Source of the DNA: Callorhinchus milii
Taxonomy: Eukaryota
Assembly: GCF_018977255.1 (NCBI RefSeq)
Contig: NW_024704742.1
Coordinates: 95,234,001 to 95,298,000 of the forward strand
Reading direction: 5' to 3'
Length of the DNA: 64,000 nt
The notes below the pieces were generated by a model. It ran no database searches, had not been told where the DNA came from, and worked only from the letters and a program-made list of their open reading frames with translations. This document shows, one piece after another, positions 1-13,799 of this stretch. How positions within the stretch are numbered: position 1 is the stretch's first letter; every line of letters begins with the position of its first letter. A program made the translations under genes and the position numbers.

Positions 1-548
1 GAAAAGCGCTATATCAAATGCAAGGATTATTATTATTATTAAATAAGGCTCTAGAACACAAGAAGTGTTAGGTAGCATTCTAGCCAAATGTAGAGCATAA
101 AAACTCCACTTTGCCCTAAATAATGATCTCTTAACTCAGTTATTTTGTAAGTTTATTTTCTCCCATCTTTGAATTTTGTCTCCCATGTTATCTGTCATTC
201 TATGACCAAGTCGAGAAGCATTGTTGTTCTGATTACTGTGCCAGTCCCACACTTGACTTATTGGCTATGTGATGTGAATGTTGATTATTCCTTACATTTT
301 CTTTGAGCCAGAAAAAGTGTCTTGCCTTCCCTCATTACCTTTATCCAGATAGCTCAGTTGAAATTGATAAAACCAAAATTATAGTGTTGTCCATTTATAC
401 AACAGTTATCTCTCTACAGGTTATCTCTATTAGTTCTTCACACATTGCTAAGGATTAAAACTAGTCATGTGTATCCTTAAATCTTTCAGTCTATCAAAAT
501 ACTGTGTATTGAATCTTTTTTCCACCTCTTTTGCTTGACTGTATTTAG

Positions 549-722
549 GCCCACAGCGGAATCCCTCTTCAGAGGCCGAGCGACTACGTCAGAGTCAAGT
601 ACTAAACATACAGAAGTTGAAGGCTACAGAGTTGGATGTGGCTTATTCCAAACGGAAGATTGGGGAGCTTGCCGTCAACATTCGTATGAAGGAAGAGCTC
701 ATCAAAGAATTGGTCAAAACAG
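549..722 (+). CDS. KIF27: KIF27 kinesin, internal coding exon
   Basis: tttag|..|gttaga; encodes ...LAVNIRMKEELIKELVKT(G), KIF7/KIF27 stalk motif; phase 1-1. Confidence 0.9.
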
Positions 723-1059
723 GTTAGAAGTGGTAAAAGGCACAAACATAATTGTATTGCTTGTGAGATTTCCAATTTGCTGACATCCTACTCCTCTACC
801 CCTTTGCTCAGCTGGCTCAGGTCTGCTACATGTCCCTCATCCCCTCCGTTCCACTATAGTTGGTTGTGTTTTCAGCCACGATGCCCCAAACCTCTGATCT
901 CCCTGCCTCAATCCCTCCTCTCTGCCCACCTTCAAATCACACCTGAAATTTTCTCTCTGTGATCCGTGCCTTCATTATCTTCCCACCTCCTTTTGGGCTC
1001 GGCATCAAGCCACGCCACTGTTAAGCGCTGTGAGAAAGTACCCACATGAAGGACCCTGT

Positions 1060-1570
1060 ATAATAACAATGACAAATTGTATTTATATGCACTTGTCACT
1101 TTGGGAGGTCATTGGGAGAGTTGGATAGTGAAATGTTTGGACCTGAGCTCGGGGATGGAATCGAGAGGAGTGAAGGGCAATGAGGGTGGGGTGGGAAGAT
1201 CACCAAAGGCACGGTCGAAAAGGACGATCTTGAGATGGGCTTTGAAGGAGGGAAGGGAGAGGTCGAGGAGGAGGTCCGGGATGGAGTTCCAGAGGACGGA
1301 GGCAGAAAGGCTGAAGGCCCCACCATTGATGGTGGAGGGGGCAGGGCATGGAGCAGGGCAGTGCCTGCCGAGCGGAGGAAGCGAACAGTTAAATAACCTT
1401 CTCGTAGGTTGCAGAGGTAGGGAGGAGCAAGACCATGGAGGGCTTTAAAGGTGAGGATGAGGATCTTGAACTCAATCCTCTGAAGGATGGAGAGTCAGTG
1501 AAGCCAGGCGAGGATGGGGGTAATTGGGTCACAGAGCTTAGTGCCGGAGAGGACACAAGCTGCAGAGTTC
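1060..1570 (-). mobile_element. L2 LINE 3' fragment
   Basis: Reverse-complement similarity to the other L2 3' ends. Confidence 0.75.
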
Positions 1571-1959
1571 TGAATAAATGCAAGTTGTTGTTGTTGATCT
1601 TACATTGAACCACAGTTACAGGTCTGCTTTGATGCAAAAATATTCAGGAATAACCAGGAATACTTGGAAAAGCTTTTTTGTTCCTTTAGTTTCTGGTTAC
1701 TATTATGACTAATAATAATTCTAGCTCATTCATTAATCATTAGATCACAAATTATCTTCTTTCAACCCTCCCCACTCCAGAAACGGGATTATCTAACTAA
1801 TGGGGGTGGGTGTTCTGAGAAGAATGTAGAGATAATGTTCCTTTTGTTTTAAGATCACTTTGTCCTTTGCATTTTTTTAACTTTTGTTTGGTTAATGATA
1901 AATTTGAGGTGACTTGATGTCTTCCTCTGCCGGACTCACCGTGACACTCGGTGTTGGCT

Positions 1960-3270
1960 GTCCAGCAGCAGCCACACTGACTACTCCCCCCTCCTAGCTT
2001 CCCTCTGCCTCCATTCTGAATACCTCCTCATCCTCGGCAACTTGAACCTTCACTTCACCTCCTCCTGCTCCACCTCCTCTCTCCTCTTCTCTCACAACCT
2101 CTCCCAAGTTCAGGCTACCCACTCGACCTGGTGATTACCCCGGACCTCGGTGTCTCGGATATCACAGTCACAGACAAGCCATCTCTGATCACCATTTCAT
2201 CTCCTTTAACTCCCCAATCCCTAGCCCCACCACCACCAAACGCACCTACATCTCGTACCGCTCCTGAAAAAAAATCTCCACGTAATCTCTCTCCGCTGCC
2301 CTACCATCAACTGAACTCCTCCCGCTCTGGCCTACGTCCCGCACTGATTTATTCTTCCACATATACGCGGATGACACCCAACGCTATCTCTCTGCCTCCA
2401 CCCTCGATTCCAGGACAACGACGTCCTGATAGACTATCTGTCAGACATCAAGTCCAGGATGAGAGCCAACTTTCTACAGCTGAATGTCAGCAAGACCGAG
2501 GCCCTCCTGATTAGATCTCACCAGCACCTCCACACCTCAGGCACTGGCAGCATCAGCATCCACGGATGCACACTGCATCTCACCAATCCAGTCAAGAACC
2601 TGGGTGTTTTGTTCAACCTTCAACATCCTCCCCCACATCAGTACCATGACTCTCTCTGCCTTCCCCCATCTCTGCAACATTGCCCGACTCCACCACTGCC
2701 TCATCCCTCAGGCCACTGTAACCCTCATTCATCACCTCAAGGCTCGACTATGATCAGATCATCCAGAACTCTGCAACTCTTGTCGTCTCCCGCACCAGAC
2801 TCCATGACCTCCTCACCCCCGCCCTTGCCTGGCTCCACTGGCTCCCCATTCTGCCAAGGATAGAATTCAAAATCCTCTACCTCATTTTCAAGGCCCTCCA
2901 TGGCCTTGACCCCTCCTACATCTCTGACCTGCTGACCCCCATCAACCTGTCCGCTCCCTCCGTTCAGCAGGCTCCAGCCTGCTCCATGTCCAATGGTAGG
3001 GCGGCCACGCTGTCAGCCTCTCTGCCCCACCCTTTGGAACTCCATCCCACAATCCCTTCACCTTACTCCCTCCCTTAACTCCTTCAAGGCATGACTCAAA
3101 ACCCTCCTTTTCGACCATGCCTACAGCTGCCCTCCAACCCCTCTGCCCTCCCTCATCCCAGCCCTGCCCCCGCCCTCAGGCTTGGGTCCTGATCCCCGAT
3201 TGTTCAGAGTCTTGAGTCGTCTTCCCAACGTGAAAGCCGCTTTACAAATGTCATTTTGTTGTTGTTATTG
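1960..3270 (+). mobile_element. L2 LINE degenerate, internally deleted copy
   Basis: NFLQLNVSKTE peptide; similar to 33177-36410 copy; (TTG)n tail. Confidence 0.85.
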
Positions 3271-3277
3271 TCTTCAG

Positions 3278-3474
3278 GTAAGGATGCCCAGGCTGTAAAC
3301 CGACAGTATTACCACAAAATCACTCAGTTAGAACAAGAAGCTGAGCAGGCCAAAACGGAGCTAGCAGAAACTCAGAAACAACTGGAGAACAAAGAACTTA
3401 GGGATGTTGCTGAAAAAGTAAAACTGCAAAAAGACTTCCGCAAGAAAATGGAAGCAACCAAGCTTAAAGTGGAG
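3278..3474 (+). CDS. KIF27: KIF27 coding exon
   Basis: ttcag|..|gttagt; KDAQAVNRQY...KLKVE; phase matches previous exon. Confidence 0.92.
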
Positions 3475-3912
3475 GTTAGTCATTACAGCTCAGTAGCTTG
3501 TCTTACTGCATCAGAAACTGATCAAATATTTTTCTTTTGATCAGCTGGGTGTCTGACACTTGTGGAAACCCATCACCACGCTTAAGAGTATCCAAACAAA
3601 TAACAAATTACATTTATATGCATTTGCATTTGTGCCAAGTTATCCTGATTTACAACATTCCTCCTCCGAATTCAGTATTAATTTGTATACCGTTTTTCAC
3701 CGTTCTTAAAAAGAACTACAGAAAACTGGCTTCCAAGCGGAGACTGAATTTAGGAATGATTTAAAATGTAGCCATTTTGCTTTGGTTTGATTAGTTAACA
3801 TTATTTGAAGAAAAGTGATATACAATACCAGCACAATACAATACCAGCACAATATTTCTGCCTATAAACAAACCCATAAACATTTTTGAAATTCTGGTCC
3901 TGTTTCCTTTAG

Positions 3913-4110
3913 TCTTTGGAGAAGAAACAACTGGACACAAAGAAGTTGGTTTCTTTGTCAGCGCAGAATGAAAAGCGGGTTACTCAGTTGAACCAAAACG
4001 TTGAAAACATGAAACAGCAGCAGCAACTGCTTCAAAGAAAACTACATGAAGAAAGTGATAAGAAGAGGAAACTGGAAAGTGAGATTCAGAGAGATCAGCA
4101 ACGAATCAAA
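3913..4110 (+). CDS. KIF27: KIF27 coding exon
   Basis: tttag|..|gtaaga; SLEKKQLDTKKL...DQQRIK coiled coil. Confidence 0.92.
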
Positions 4111-5693
4111 GTAAGAACATTTCCCAATTAAAATTACAATTGAATGGAAACCATTTTGTGTTCTTTGATATGAGCGATGCCTATATAGATACTGCACAAC
4201 TTATGGAAAACTCACTGTACATTCACATGCCTAAACTCTCTGCAAGATGATCTTACTCTCATTTCCTTACTCTTTAATTCTGGACTAATGCATTCATCAT
4301 TAGAATACATCAGAATATACAGCACAGAAACAGGCCATTCGGCCCAACTGGTCTTTGCTGGTGTTTATCTCCACATGAGCTTCCTCCTGCCCTTCCTCAA
4401 CTAAGCCTTCAAGCATGTCCAGGCGAGACAACATGAAGTCTCTGTTAGGGTTCTACAAAGCAATGATAAGTCCACACTTGAAGTACTGACCACAAAATAT
4501 ATAGTCAATTGACTTCAGAGTATATTCTGTGAAACGCTTTTAGACGTCTCGAAGACTTGATAAAGTTCTGTATCAAATGCAATGATTATTATTATTACTA
4601 TATTCAGTTCTGCTTATTGAACCAGAAAATATATCTACAAGTTTTAAAAAGTAGTTGCAGAAAAGAACAAGGTTGATCCCGGTTCAAAGATATTGAGTTT
4701 CAAGGAAAGACTAGAGAAACAGCTCTACAATCTACAAATGAATCTTCAAAGGCTTTTACTTGCTTGCCTTTCCTTCACTTTTGCAACATCCCCTGCCTTT
4801 GCCACTGCCTCTCCATCTTAGACCCTCTTCTGCCTTCATCCAGATTTCTGAGGCCAGCCTATCCTCGCTTGCTGCACTGGCTCACCAGCCCCCAGCAGAT
4901 TGAATTCAGAATCCTTATCCTTACTTTGAAATGCATCCCCTGCCTTGCTCCATTGAGCGTTCTACACCAGATGGTGCTGCTGCACTTAATCCTCATCACT
5001 CTTGCTGTTTCCTGCTTAAAGATAATTCTACTTATTCCTCTTGTATATAGTTAATGAATACCAATGATAGAGATTCATTATTATTTTGGTCCTTGTTACA
5101 CGTTACTGCTCTATTATTTGTCAGATTGTTGTCTTGCGTGTTTACAAATGAATTGTTTCCCATGATCCTTCAAAAATCTGATTTAAAAGAGTCACTTTTT
5201 TAAAAAATAAAATCACAAGTCTTCTTTTTCATGAATTGAATAAGCTGGACGCATTATTGGATCTCCAGAATAGATGATATTAATATCTATATTTCAAAAT
5301 AATGAATCCCTATGGAAAGGATCAGGCAGATTCAGTGCAAAGTTATTCAGCTTATTTAAAGATTTAAAGACTATTTTTTCTCTTTACAGGAAATGTGAAT
5401 GTTCTAGACACATTTTTATGTATATGAAATGTTTTTGGAATGTTTAGTTTCACCCACAAAATACAGTCAATCTACTTTACGGTATATTCTTTGAATGCAT
5501 TTGAGACATCTCAACGACTTGATAAGGCACTATTTCAAATGCAAGGATTATTATTATTAATGCTGTGTAACGCTGGTGGAGGTTTATTTCCAGAACTTCC
5601 TATGATCCTTCACAATAAAATATGAACAATCATAAAAAGTGAAAATCAGTTTCTAAATAGAATGTCTAAGTCATGGATGTTTCATCTTACCAG

Positions 5694-5804
5694 GAGCTTG
5701 AACTGAAACAAGAGCAACAGCAGAAAATACTGAAAAGAAAAACTGAGGAAATTGCCCACTTCAAGAGAATGAAGCGCTTCCCTGTTATCACAGAGGAACA
5801 GCAG
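5694..5804 (+). CDS. KIF27: KIF27 coding exon
   Basis: accag|..|gtatgg; ELELKQEQQQKILKRKTEEIAHFKR...EEQQ. Confidence 0.9.
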
Positions 5805-6981
5805 GTATGGCTTAGACTACTGTGATAGCACCTGTCAATTGTCTCTTCTTGTGATTAGTGAAGCATTTGTGCCACTTAAATTGAGTAACCAGTACGCCTG
5901 TGTGGATTCTTTAGTTTCTTTAACTGTTCTCAAGATTTCAGATAGGACAGTAATAAAGAAACAATACAATTTACCTCAATGTGCTTAACTAAGCAGGTGA
6001 ACAATCAGTCAGGATTTCTGCACCAGATTGTTATTAAGAGAGAACAGCTGGAAGGTATATGTGTCTGTACATTATGTCAGGACAAGATTAGGCTTATCTG
6101 AAGTTCCCCACAGTTGTACAGCTGCTGGCACTCACTATCCAGGTTAACATATTCGCTCATAAATACAGTGTCTACACTTAACAGTACATCTTGTACTCGC
6201 TTTGAGACGTTCTTCCAACATAAAAGGTCTAACCCAAGTGAAAATATTATTATTATATGAAAAATAACCAATTGATCAAGTTAGTGGAGTATATGAAATT
6301 CTATTGTAGTATTCAGGACAGAAGGAGAGAAAACTATAGTGATGGGGTTGAGTGAAGTTTCTTATGAGGTTACTTCTGTAATATAATAGTTTAAGCTCAT
6401 AGTCTAGGCTGACACTCCATGCAGTTCTTTGGCAGAGGTGCTTACCATTGGATGACATTAAAGCAAGGTAGATCGCACATGGATCCAAATCCAGAACCAT
6501 TCTTCTAAGACCCAGGGTTCCACTTTACTTAATTTATTTCTCATAAGAATTTAGAAAGCATCCAAGGAGAAAAGGACAATTGGCCATCAAAGATGCTCCA
6601 TCCACACTCCAAATTTAATCTAGCATTGTCATAGACTCTGCACCCCTAATATGATCACTTGAGGAAACTTTCTCCATAAATACGCCCCAAAACAACCCCT
6701 TAAAAATATTGAAATAAACCTCCTTTCTCATGACTACACTATTGAAGTCTGGCCTTCTGCACTCCTCAGATGTCATTCACACATGAGCTCTTTGATACAA
6801 ACAGCAGGCCTTTCAACAAATGAATAGAAATCCTAGGTAAGTATTGTACAGCTTCCGGCACTAACTTTATATTGTGTTCTCCTGTACAAATGACTTGGTA
6901 TTGCCATAAATGTGTACAACAGTTGCACGTATTTTACATTTTTTACATTACCTATACACGTCTCAATTTCTTTCTTTCCAG

Positions 6982-7158
6982 AAGATAGATGAGCAGCGGA
7001 AATGGTTAGACGAGGAAGTAGAAAATGTTTTGCAGCAAAGACAAGCCCTGGCTGATCTGGAGGAGGATTTGAAGAAAAGAGAAGCTATTGTAGATAAAAA
7101 GGAGGCACTGTTGCGGGAGAAAAGCCAACTGGAAATCAAAAAGCTACGTTCCAGCCAG
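6982..7158 (+). CDS. KIF27: KIF27 coding exon
   Basis: tccag|..|gtgaga; [14 protein letters not shown]...KKLRSSQ. Confidence 0.93.
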
Positions 7159-8121
7159 GTGAGAGTGATATGTAATTAAAGATCTTACATGCAGACAACA
7201 GTTTGGTGTTCCAAAGAATTGTGTACAGAGATTATACATTTCTAGCAGTGATTTTCTTTTGTTGCAAAGATCCAAACCCCTTCTCATTTTCTCAGTGTTT
7301 TTGTTCTTTCATCCTGTCCCAGACACCACTTGCAATCAAGAGAGTAAGTAAGACAGGTGATATATTCCAAGGCTCCTGCTCATGTTGTTCCATGCTGGAA
7401 GTGTTCAAAAGTAGTCTGGAAACCAATAACTGCCTCTCTTTTCTTCACCGATCATTCATTTGGGCACTAATCAGGGTTTCCCATTAAAAAGTTGAAATCA
7501 GCAAGATGGAATTTGATATATCCCACTCTTACTCACTGCTCCAGCACACTGTTGCCATGTCGTTCCACACACTGGATTCCTGGTCTGAGCCCTAACATCA
7601 GTTTGAGGCTGGGGGTGTGTGGATGGAGATAGAAAGCACAGGGTGGAACAGGTGAATGAATCACTGCAGCCTGTGTTTCTGCACCACCTACTGGCCACAT
7701 TAAGAGCATTGACAAAGACTCTGAACATACTTTTGGTTAAGGAGAACTATTTATCATGAGGTACCTGAAAGCTGAGCCCAAAAGGTTACGTTTTTAAAAA
7801 AATGCTATTGGGCCGCAACTTGAGAACCCCTTTTCAGTAGTTGTTATGAATGTCATCATATTTGTTGTGAAATCATGATGTTGCAGCACTTTGTGTATAA
7901 AATGTCACATCATTAATTGTGCCTGGTTTTGCAGACAAAGCCAACGACAACAACAATTTGCATTTATATAGCGCCAAGGGGTAATGTCCTGGAGCACTTC
8001 ACGGAGTCTGACAACGAGCCATGGGAAAGGGGAGGTGACCCTAAGCCTCCCGTATTATGAATTATAATACTGTATTACCATGACATAGCGCCTCACCAAA
8101 AAATTGTGGAATTATTTGCAG

Positions 8122-8337
8122 GCTTTGAACAAAGATATTTTAAATGTGTCCACTCGTTTGAGCTCAATAGAAAATGCATTGTCAACTAAAAGTATCCTAC
8201 TAGAGAACAGCACAACAGAGGAAAAGGAAGCTATTTCAGAAGAGATGCAAATGCTTCAACAGGAACGAGATCAGTTACTGATAAGAAGGCACTGCTTGGA
8301 TGAAAAACTGCAGCTTGGAAATGTTCTATCTTCTGAG
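8122..8337 (+). CDS. KIF27: KIF27 coding exon
   Basis: tgcag|..|gtaccg; ALNKDILNVSTRL...VLSSE. Confidence 0.92.
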
Positions 8338-8517
8338 GTACCGTGGCTTTTGGTGCTAGAGATATTAATATAATTTGTGTTTTTTTTGTGCAATCATTTT
8401 GTTTAATAATAATCCTTGGGGGGGGCTGAGAGAGAGAAAAAGCTACAATCAAAAGAGCAAGCTAGAATTCAAAGACCCCCAAGGGGAAGTAAAAATATAC
8501 AAGGAAGATGGAAGACT

Positions 8518-8815
8518 TATTAATACATAATAATCCTTGAAATTGATATAGTGCCTTTTTACATCTTCTAGACGTCTCAAAGCGCTCCACAGAATATACT
8601 GTAAAGTGAATCGACTGTACATTTTGTGGATGAAACCCAGCACACAGTAGTGTCCCACAAACATTTGTGGATTGAGTGACCAATTTTTTAAATTTATTTA
8701 TTGATTTTTGAAGAGATTATTACCCCAGAAAAACGATCCGCTAATTGACTAACAACCAGGTTCCTACTTACTACTAAGTAAACAGAGGTGTGTGGAATAA
8801 GGAAACTTACCCAAC
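8518..8815 (-). mobile_element. Truncated SINE
   Basis: Family body and tail in reverse complement. Confidence 0.75.
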
Positions 8816-9894
8816 GTTCACCCTAATGTTCAGTCAAAACATAAGGAAATATTCACTAACCGGAAGCCTATTACAATAACTACAACTTGCATTTATATAG
8901 CGTCCTTCATACGGGGAAGTGTCTTGGAGCGTTACAAGTCCAACACAGCGGAAGATTTAGGTGGTATGCACCATAAAATCAACATGAGCAGTTCTTCTAG
9001 ACAGAATTTAGCTGGTTAAACTCCAACAGTACCCAAACACATGCTCTGAGATCCCAAGACTTGGCTCTTGTCAACTTGCCCCTAATACTTCCGAAATTCG
9101 GTAAGCAGGTTGCTTCCCCTAGGGAGAGAGTGCGCATTCCATTTAAGACACAGAAATTTCCATGTGTACATACGTGGAATTCTGTCTAGTTTGGATATTC
9201 TTAAGCATAGCACTGAATTTCTCAACGGTCAGATATTTGGGTGACCAAAATCAAAATGGAGTAAAACAATAAGTTTAAATGCTGTAGAGCGCAGAGTGCA
9301 GTGGCTGTATAGTGTAATGATTGAAATGGCAGCCAGTTTGTGCACAACAATGTCCCACAAATAGCCATGAAGTGAACTGCTAATTTTACCAGGGGGTTAT
9401 TGGCGAGGAAACCAAGAAGAAACTTTCCTTGTCTATTTGAATTGTGCCATGGATTTTAATGCCTACAGGAAGATAGGGATCTTAGGTTAATGTCTTACCA
9501 AAGAGATATGGGGCAAAGGCTATTTGCGGTAAATTTCCATATAAAAATAAAAAAAATAAAAAAATTGGAGTTGAGGTACAGATCAGCCATCATTTTATAG
9601 AATGGTGGAACAGGCTAGAGGACGTCCTCCGTTCTTGCGTTGCAAAGAACGGTACCTCTGACAATGCAGTGGTCAAGCACTGCGTTTAGACTGTCAGCCT
9701 AGACTATGAGCTCAGTGTCTCAAAGTGACTCAGAGGCAAGAGTGCTATCCACTGAGTCAGGCTGACAAAATCTCAATTTAGGATTGGGAGGAAGGCACTA
9801 AGTTATTTCCAAATCTAAATGTTGTCCACAATGGTCCAAGAATAGTGAGACTTGTAAATAGTCGGGATGTAATTCAAGTTGTTTTACTTTTCAG

Positions 9895-10101
9895 GAAGAG
9901 CGGATACTTTACCGGTTGGAAGAGGGCATTGAAGCTCTGGATGTGGCTATAGAATACAAAAATGAAAGCATTCATTGTCGCCAACATTCACTGAGAGCCT
10001 CAGCCAACAACCTTACCCAGAGTGAGGCTAATGTTATGTTTAGACTCAGTGCTTTAACAGCTGCTGAAACAAGAGCCCTCCTCTGCAGATACTTTAATAA
10101 G
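9895..10101 (+). CDS. KIF27: KIF27 coding exon
   Basis: ttcag|..|gtgaag; [24 protein letters not shown]...RYFNK. Confidence 0.93.
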
Positions 10102-10845
10102 GTGAAGTTTTATTACTCAGTTATGGACAATAGTTACATTTGTAATGTTGGGAAAAGAAAAGCAAAAAAGAACTTTTATAGTGGCTTATTGTGTTGATCA
10201 TCTTAAAGTGCAGCACATGTAATTACTGTCAGTTGTAGTAACTGTCTTTTGCAGGAAAAAATCATTAGCTATTTGCAGTAAATTTCCATGAACAGACATG
10301 AAGTAAATGATCTATCTATCTGGAGGATTTCAACTTAGAGGAATCTTGGTCTGGACACTGGTGGAAACTCCCTTCTCTTTTCAAATACAGTGGTATTGTA
10401 GGATTTTTAATGACTATTTGAGCAGACAGGACCTTGGCTTAATGTCTCTCATGAGACACTGCATGTCAGGCAATGCAGCGTTCACCAGTACTACGCTGAA
10501 GTATTATTTTAGATTTTTAGTTCAAGTTCCTATTTCTGAATTAAGTCTTTCAATTAGGATGTTCTATTAGAAACTACTTTTGCCTGAATTTGAGCAACAT
10601 TTGCAATTATTGCTAATCATAGAACTGATTTCCACTGAAAATCTTACATGATTCTTGGGCCAATTTCAGTGTTGTAACATTCTGAAATTGTGTGAAAATA
10701 GGGTCCATCCCTTTCAAACAAAATCTATTGATTTAAAGCAATGAGATAGCAGATCATGGAAGAATTTTGCTGCTTGTCTTTTTAAAACAAAGTGAGGAGC
10801 TTTCTCCATTGTTCATATTTCAATGTTATGCATTTTATTTGGAAG

Positions 10846-11044
10846 GTGATTAGCCTACGAGAGACTGAACACAGCTTGCAGCTTCAGTGTGCAGAGATGT
10901 CTATGAAGATAACTGAGCAGGAGAATGTGGTTCATGAATTAGAATCTGCACTGGAGCGTTTTACACTGGAGATAGATCGACGCCTGACAGTACAGCAGAA
11001 GGAGCATGAACAGAAGATCCAACTATTGTTACAGCAGTTTAAGG
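10846..11044 (+). CDS. KIF27: KIF27 coding exon
   Basis: ggaag|..|gtaaaa; VISLRE...DRRLTVQQKEHEQKIQLLLQQFK. Confidence 0.92.
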
Positions 11045-11380
11045 GTAAAAGAGTGTATTGTCTCCTGGTGATGTGTAATTGTTTGAGAAGATACTGTGAG
11101 GTTATTCCTTCGGAAAGTGACTTTAGCAGCGCTTCCTGCACGTGAGCAGTGCTCTGGGGGGTAACATTAGTGTTACTGGGTATAGATAGTATGTGCAGTT
11201 TTCAAAAAGTGACATTTGTGGTGCTTCCTAACAACTTGCAAAAAGTGATGCCAATGATGATAAATGGCCATTTATTGGTGTGGGAAGCTGACTCGTCAAC
11301 ACTGGAAGCCGGATAACCATGCTTCTGGTTCAGTCAATAGACTTGCACTATAAGTGAGACAAGGCTCTCTTGAAGGACAT

Positions 11381-11750
11381 TATAATAATAATAATCCTTG
11401 CTTTTTGATATAGCGCTATTCACGTCTTCTCGACGTCCCAAAGCTCTTCACAGAATATACTGTAAAGTGAATTGACTGTATATTTGTGGGCGAACGCGGC
11501 AGCCAATTGCGCACAGCAGTGTCCCACAAACAGTCGTAGATTGAAAATGACCAATTTATTGTTTTTTGTTTTGGAGGGATTATTATCAGGCGTGTGGAGT
11601 AAGGAATATAACTACTGTGCGCAATTGGCTGCTGCATTTCGCCCACAAAATATACAGTCAATTCACTTTGCAGTATGTTCTGTGAAGTGCTTTGAGATGT
11701 CTCGAAGATGTGGTAAGACATTGTATCAAAATGCAAGGATGATTATTACA
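11381..11750. mobile_element. Two truncated SINE copies in inverted orientation
   Basis: Minus copy ~11381-11603 followed by plus copy ~11615-11748. Confidence 0.8.
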
Positions 11751-13631
11751 GGGTTCCCTTGGGACGTCCTCCCAACGTGAAAGGCGCTCAATAAATGGAA
11801 TCTTGTTGTTGTTGTATTTATCGGCAAATGCAACTGCCAATTCGCGCACAATCATTTTCTGCAAATAGCCATAGAGTAAATGACCAATTTATCTGGAAGT
11901 TCGTTAGCTAAGCCACCTGGAGAAACTCATGCAGCACCATAGTTTATTTTTAAAAAGCAAATAAATGGTAGGGTTTGTACAGTACACAACAAAACCGATA
12001 GTCCAACAAAACATCAGTTGGATTCTAGTCTAAATGTGTGAACAGCTGTGTGTGGGGGTGGTGCTTTGAAGAATTAGAGCCATGTCTGATCCCGTCTCAC
12101 TCAACATCCTCTCACTAACATACACAGTAGCAGATGGCTCCCCGAAAGAACTTGGGATTGTCACGTAAAATGGGGGCGCTGATTTGTGCGGGGGAGGTGT
12201 TGTCACTGATTTGTGGGATCGCTGATTTGTGTGAAGCGCCAAAAAGCATAAGTTCGTGAAAAGTGTATTCGGAACTCATGAACCAAGCTACACAGGATGG
12301 TAAGCATCGGGAGCCATTCACGGAGGCACTCAAGAACCATTCATGGGGGCATTCAGGAAATTTCCTGATTTCCCATATAGCCATTCCACCCAGTCATTAC
12401 ATAGCAATTAATCAAGATTGGAAACCATGAGTGATTTTCTTTTCCTACCCTTGCCCAAGAGCATTAATGTCAGTTGTATCACCAACTGCTGCCTTAGCAC
12501 TGATCAGCTAAAGGGTATTGGAATCAAACCTATGATTTCTAAACTGTACGGCTTTGTCATACACCTGGGGATCCAGTGGAATGCTAAAGTGTGATCTTAA
12601 TTTGTAAATGTAAATTAACAATTATTTTAAAAATACTATTTAGGAAACCTTTAAGAGATGATATTTATTATTTAGTAAATTTGAAGCATATTAATTTAAT
12701 TTACAAATCTGTGATGTTGCAGTTTGGAAGTTTCTGTTAAATTCTGTGACTTTTATTTCAAAGTTCTGCAATCCATCAAGTATTTACTCAGTACTGTTTT
12801 TTGGATGGTCAGTCTGTGGAAGTCTAAGATCTTGAGAGTCTAAGATCTTGTGAAATTATTTTATACTTAGCACCAGTTTTATCAGTTTACCAGCAGCAGT
12901 TTTAAAAGAATACTGCTGAAGAGCTTAGTTTATTTTATTGTATTAAGTTGTTCCTGAAAGATGAATGAGCAAAAAGTGCATTGAATGGAGCCCTAGAAAT
13001 GGTGGAATCTCCAAATTGTGAGTCATGTACTATAGAGAGTAAACCCTGAAAACAAATGTTGGGAACAATTTTAACGTTTTTTTAAAATTTGTGTTACAAT
13101 CCATTAAGTACTATTCAAATCCAGTGAAATAAAAAAAAGTGGTAGAATGCAAGCAGGAAACCTAGGAGCAAAGTAATTTAGCTAATGGTTCCTGACCTCA
13201 GTAACCTTTTCTTAAATGATAATTAAATCCGTAATTGGCTACAATTTTGTATGTTTAGGTTTGTTTTAAATACACTAGCCAGTCCACAAGGAAATATACT
13301 TCAACGATATACAGAGAAACTTCAGCATTCCTGATCAGTTTTCCATTCTTCTTCCAAGTAGTTCCACCATATAGTAAATGTACTGCCTGTGGAAAGCTCA
13401 AGCATGAATGTCATTTTGACTGGGATCTGAACTCAGTGCTCATGATTTGGAAGTAGAATATTGTAAAGTTGTAGACTGGAACAAACCTTCTGAAATAATT
13501 TGGGAAAGTGCTGAAAGTGTAGATTGTGCACAATATAATTTGTAAACATTTGCATTGTATGATGCTCCACAGAGATACTGTGGTACATTTTCTGAGGGAG
13601 ACTGATGAATAAAAAAATTATGTGGTTCCAG

Positions 13632-13799
13632 ACAAAGATGGTGAGGGCCTTGCAGACCTTAAGCTTTACCAGTCAAAGGTCCAAGAGCTGGAAAAGGACC
13701 TGTTCTTCTACAAAACGACAAGCAGAGAACTAAAGAAGAAACTTCGGGAGGTGGTGGCAGAGTCTCTTAATCAGAATCAAGTGGCAGCAACTTCACAAA
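13632..13799 (+). CDS. KIF27: KIF27 coding exon
   Basis: tccag|..|gtaatt; ...KVQELEKDLFFYKTTSRELKKKLRE; phase 1-1. Confidence 0.9.
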
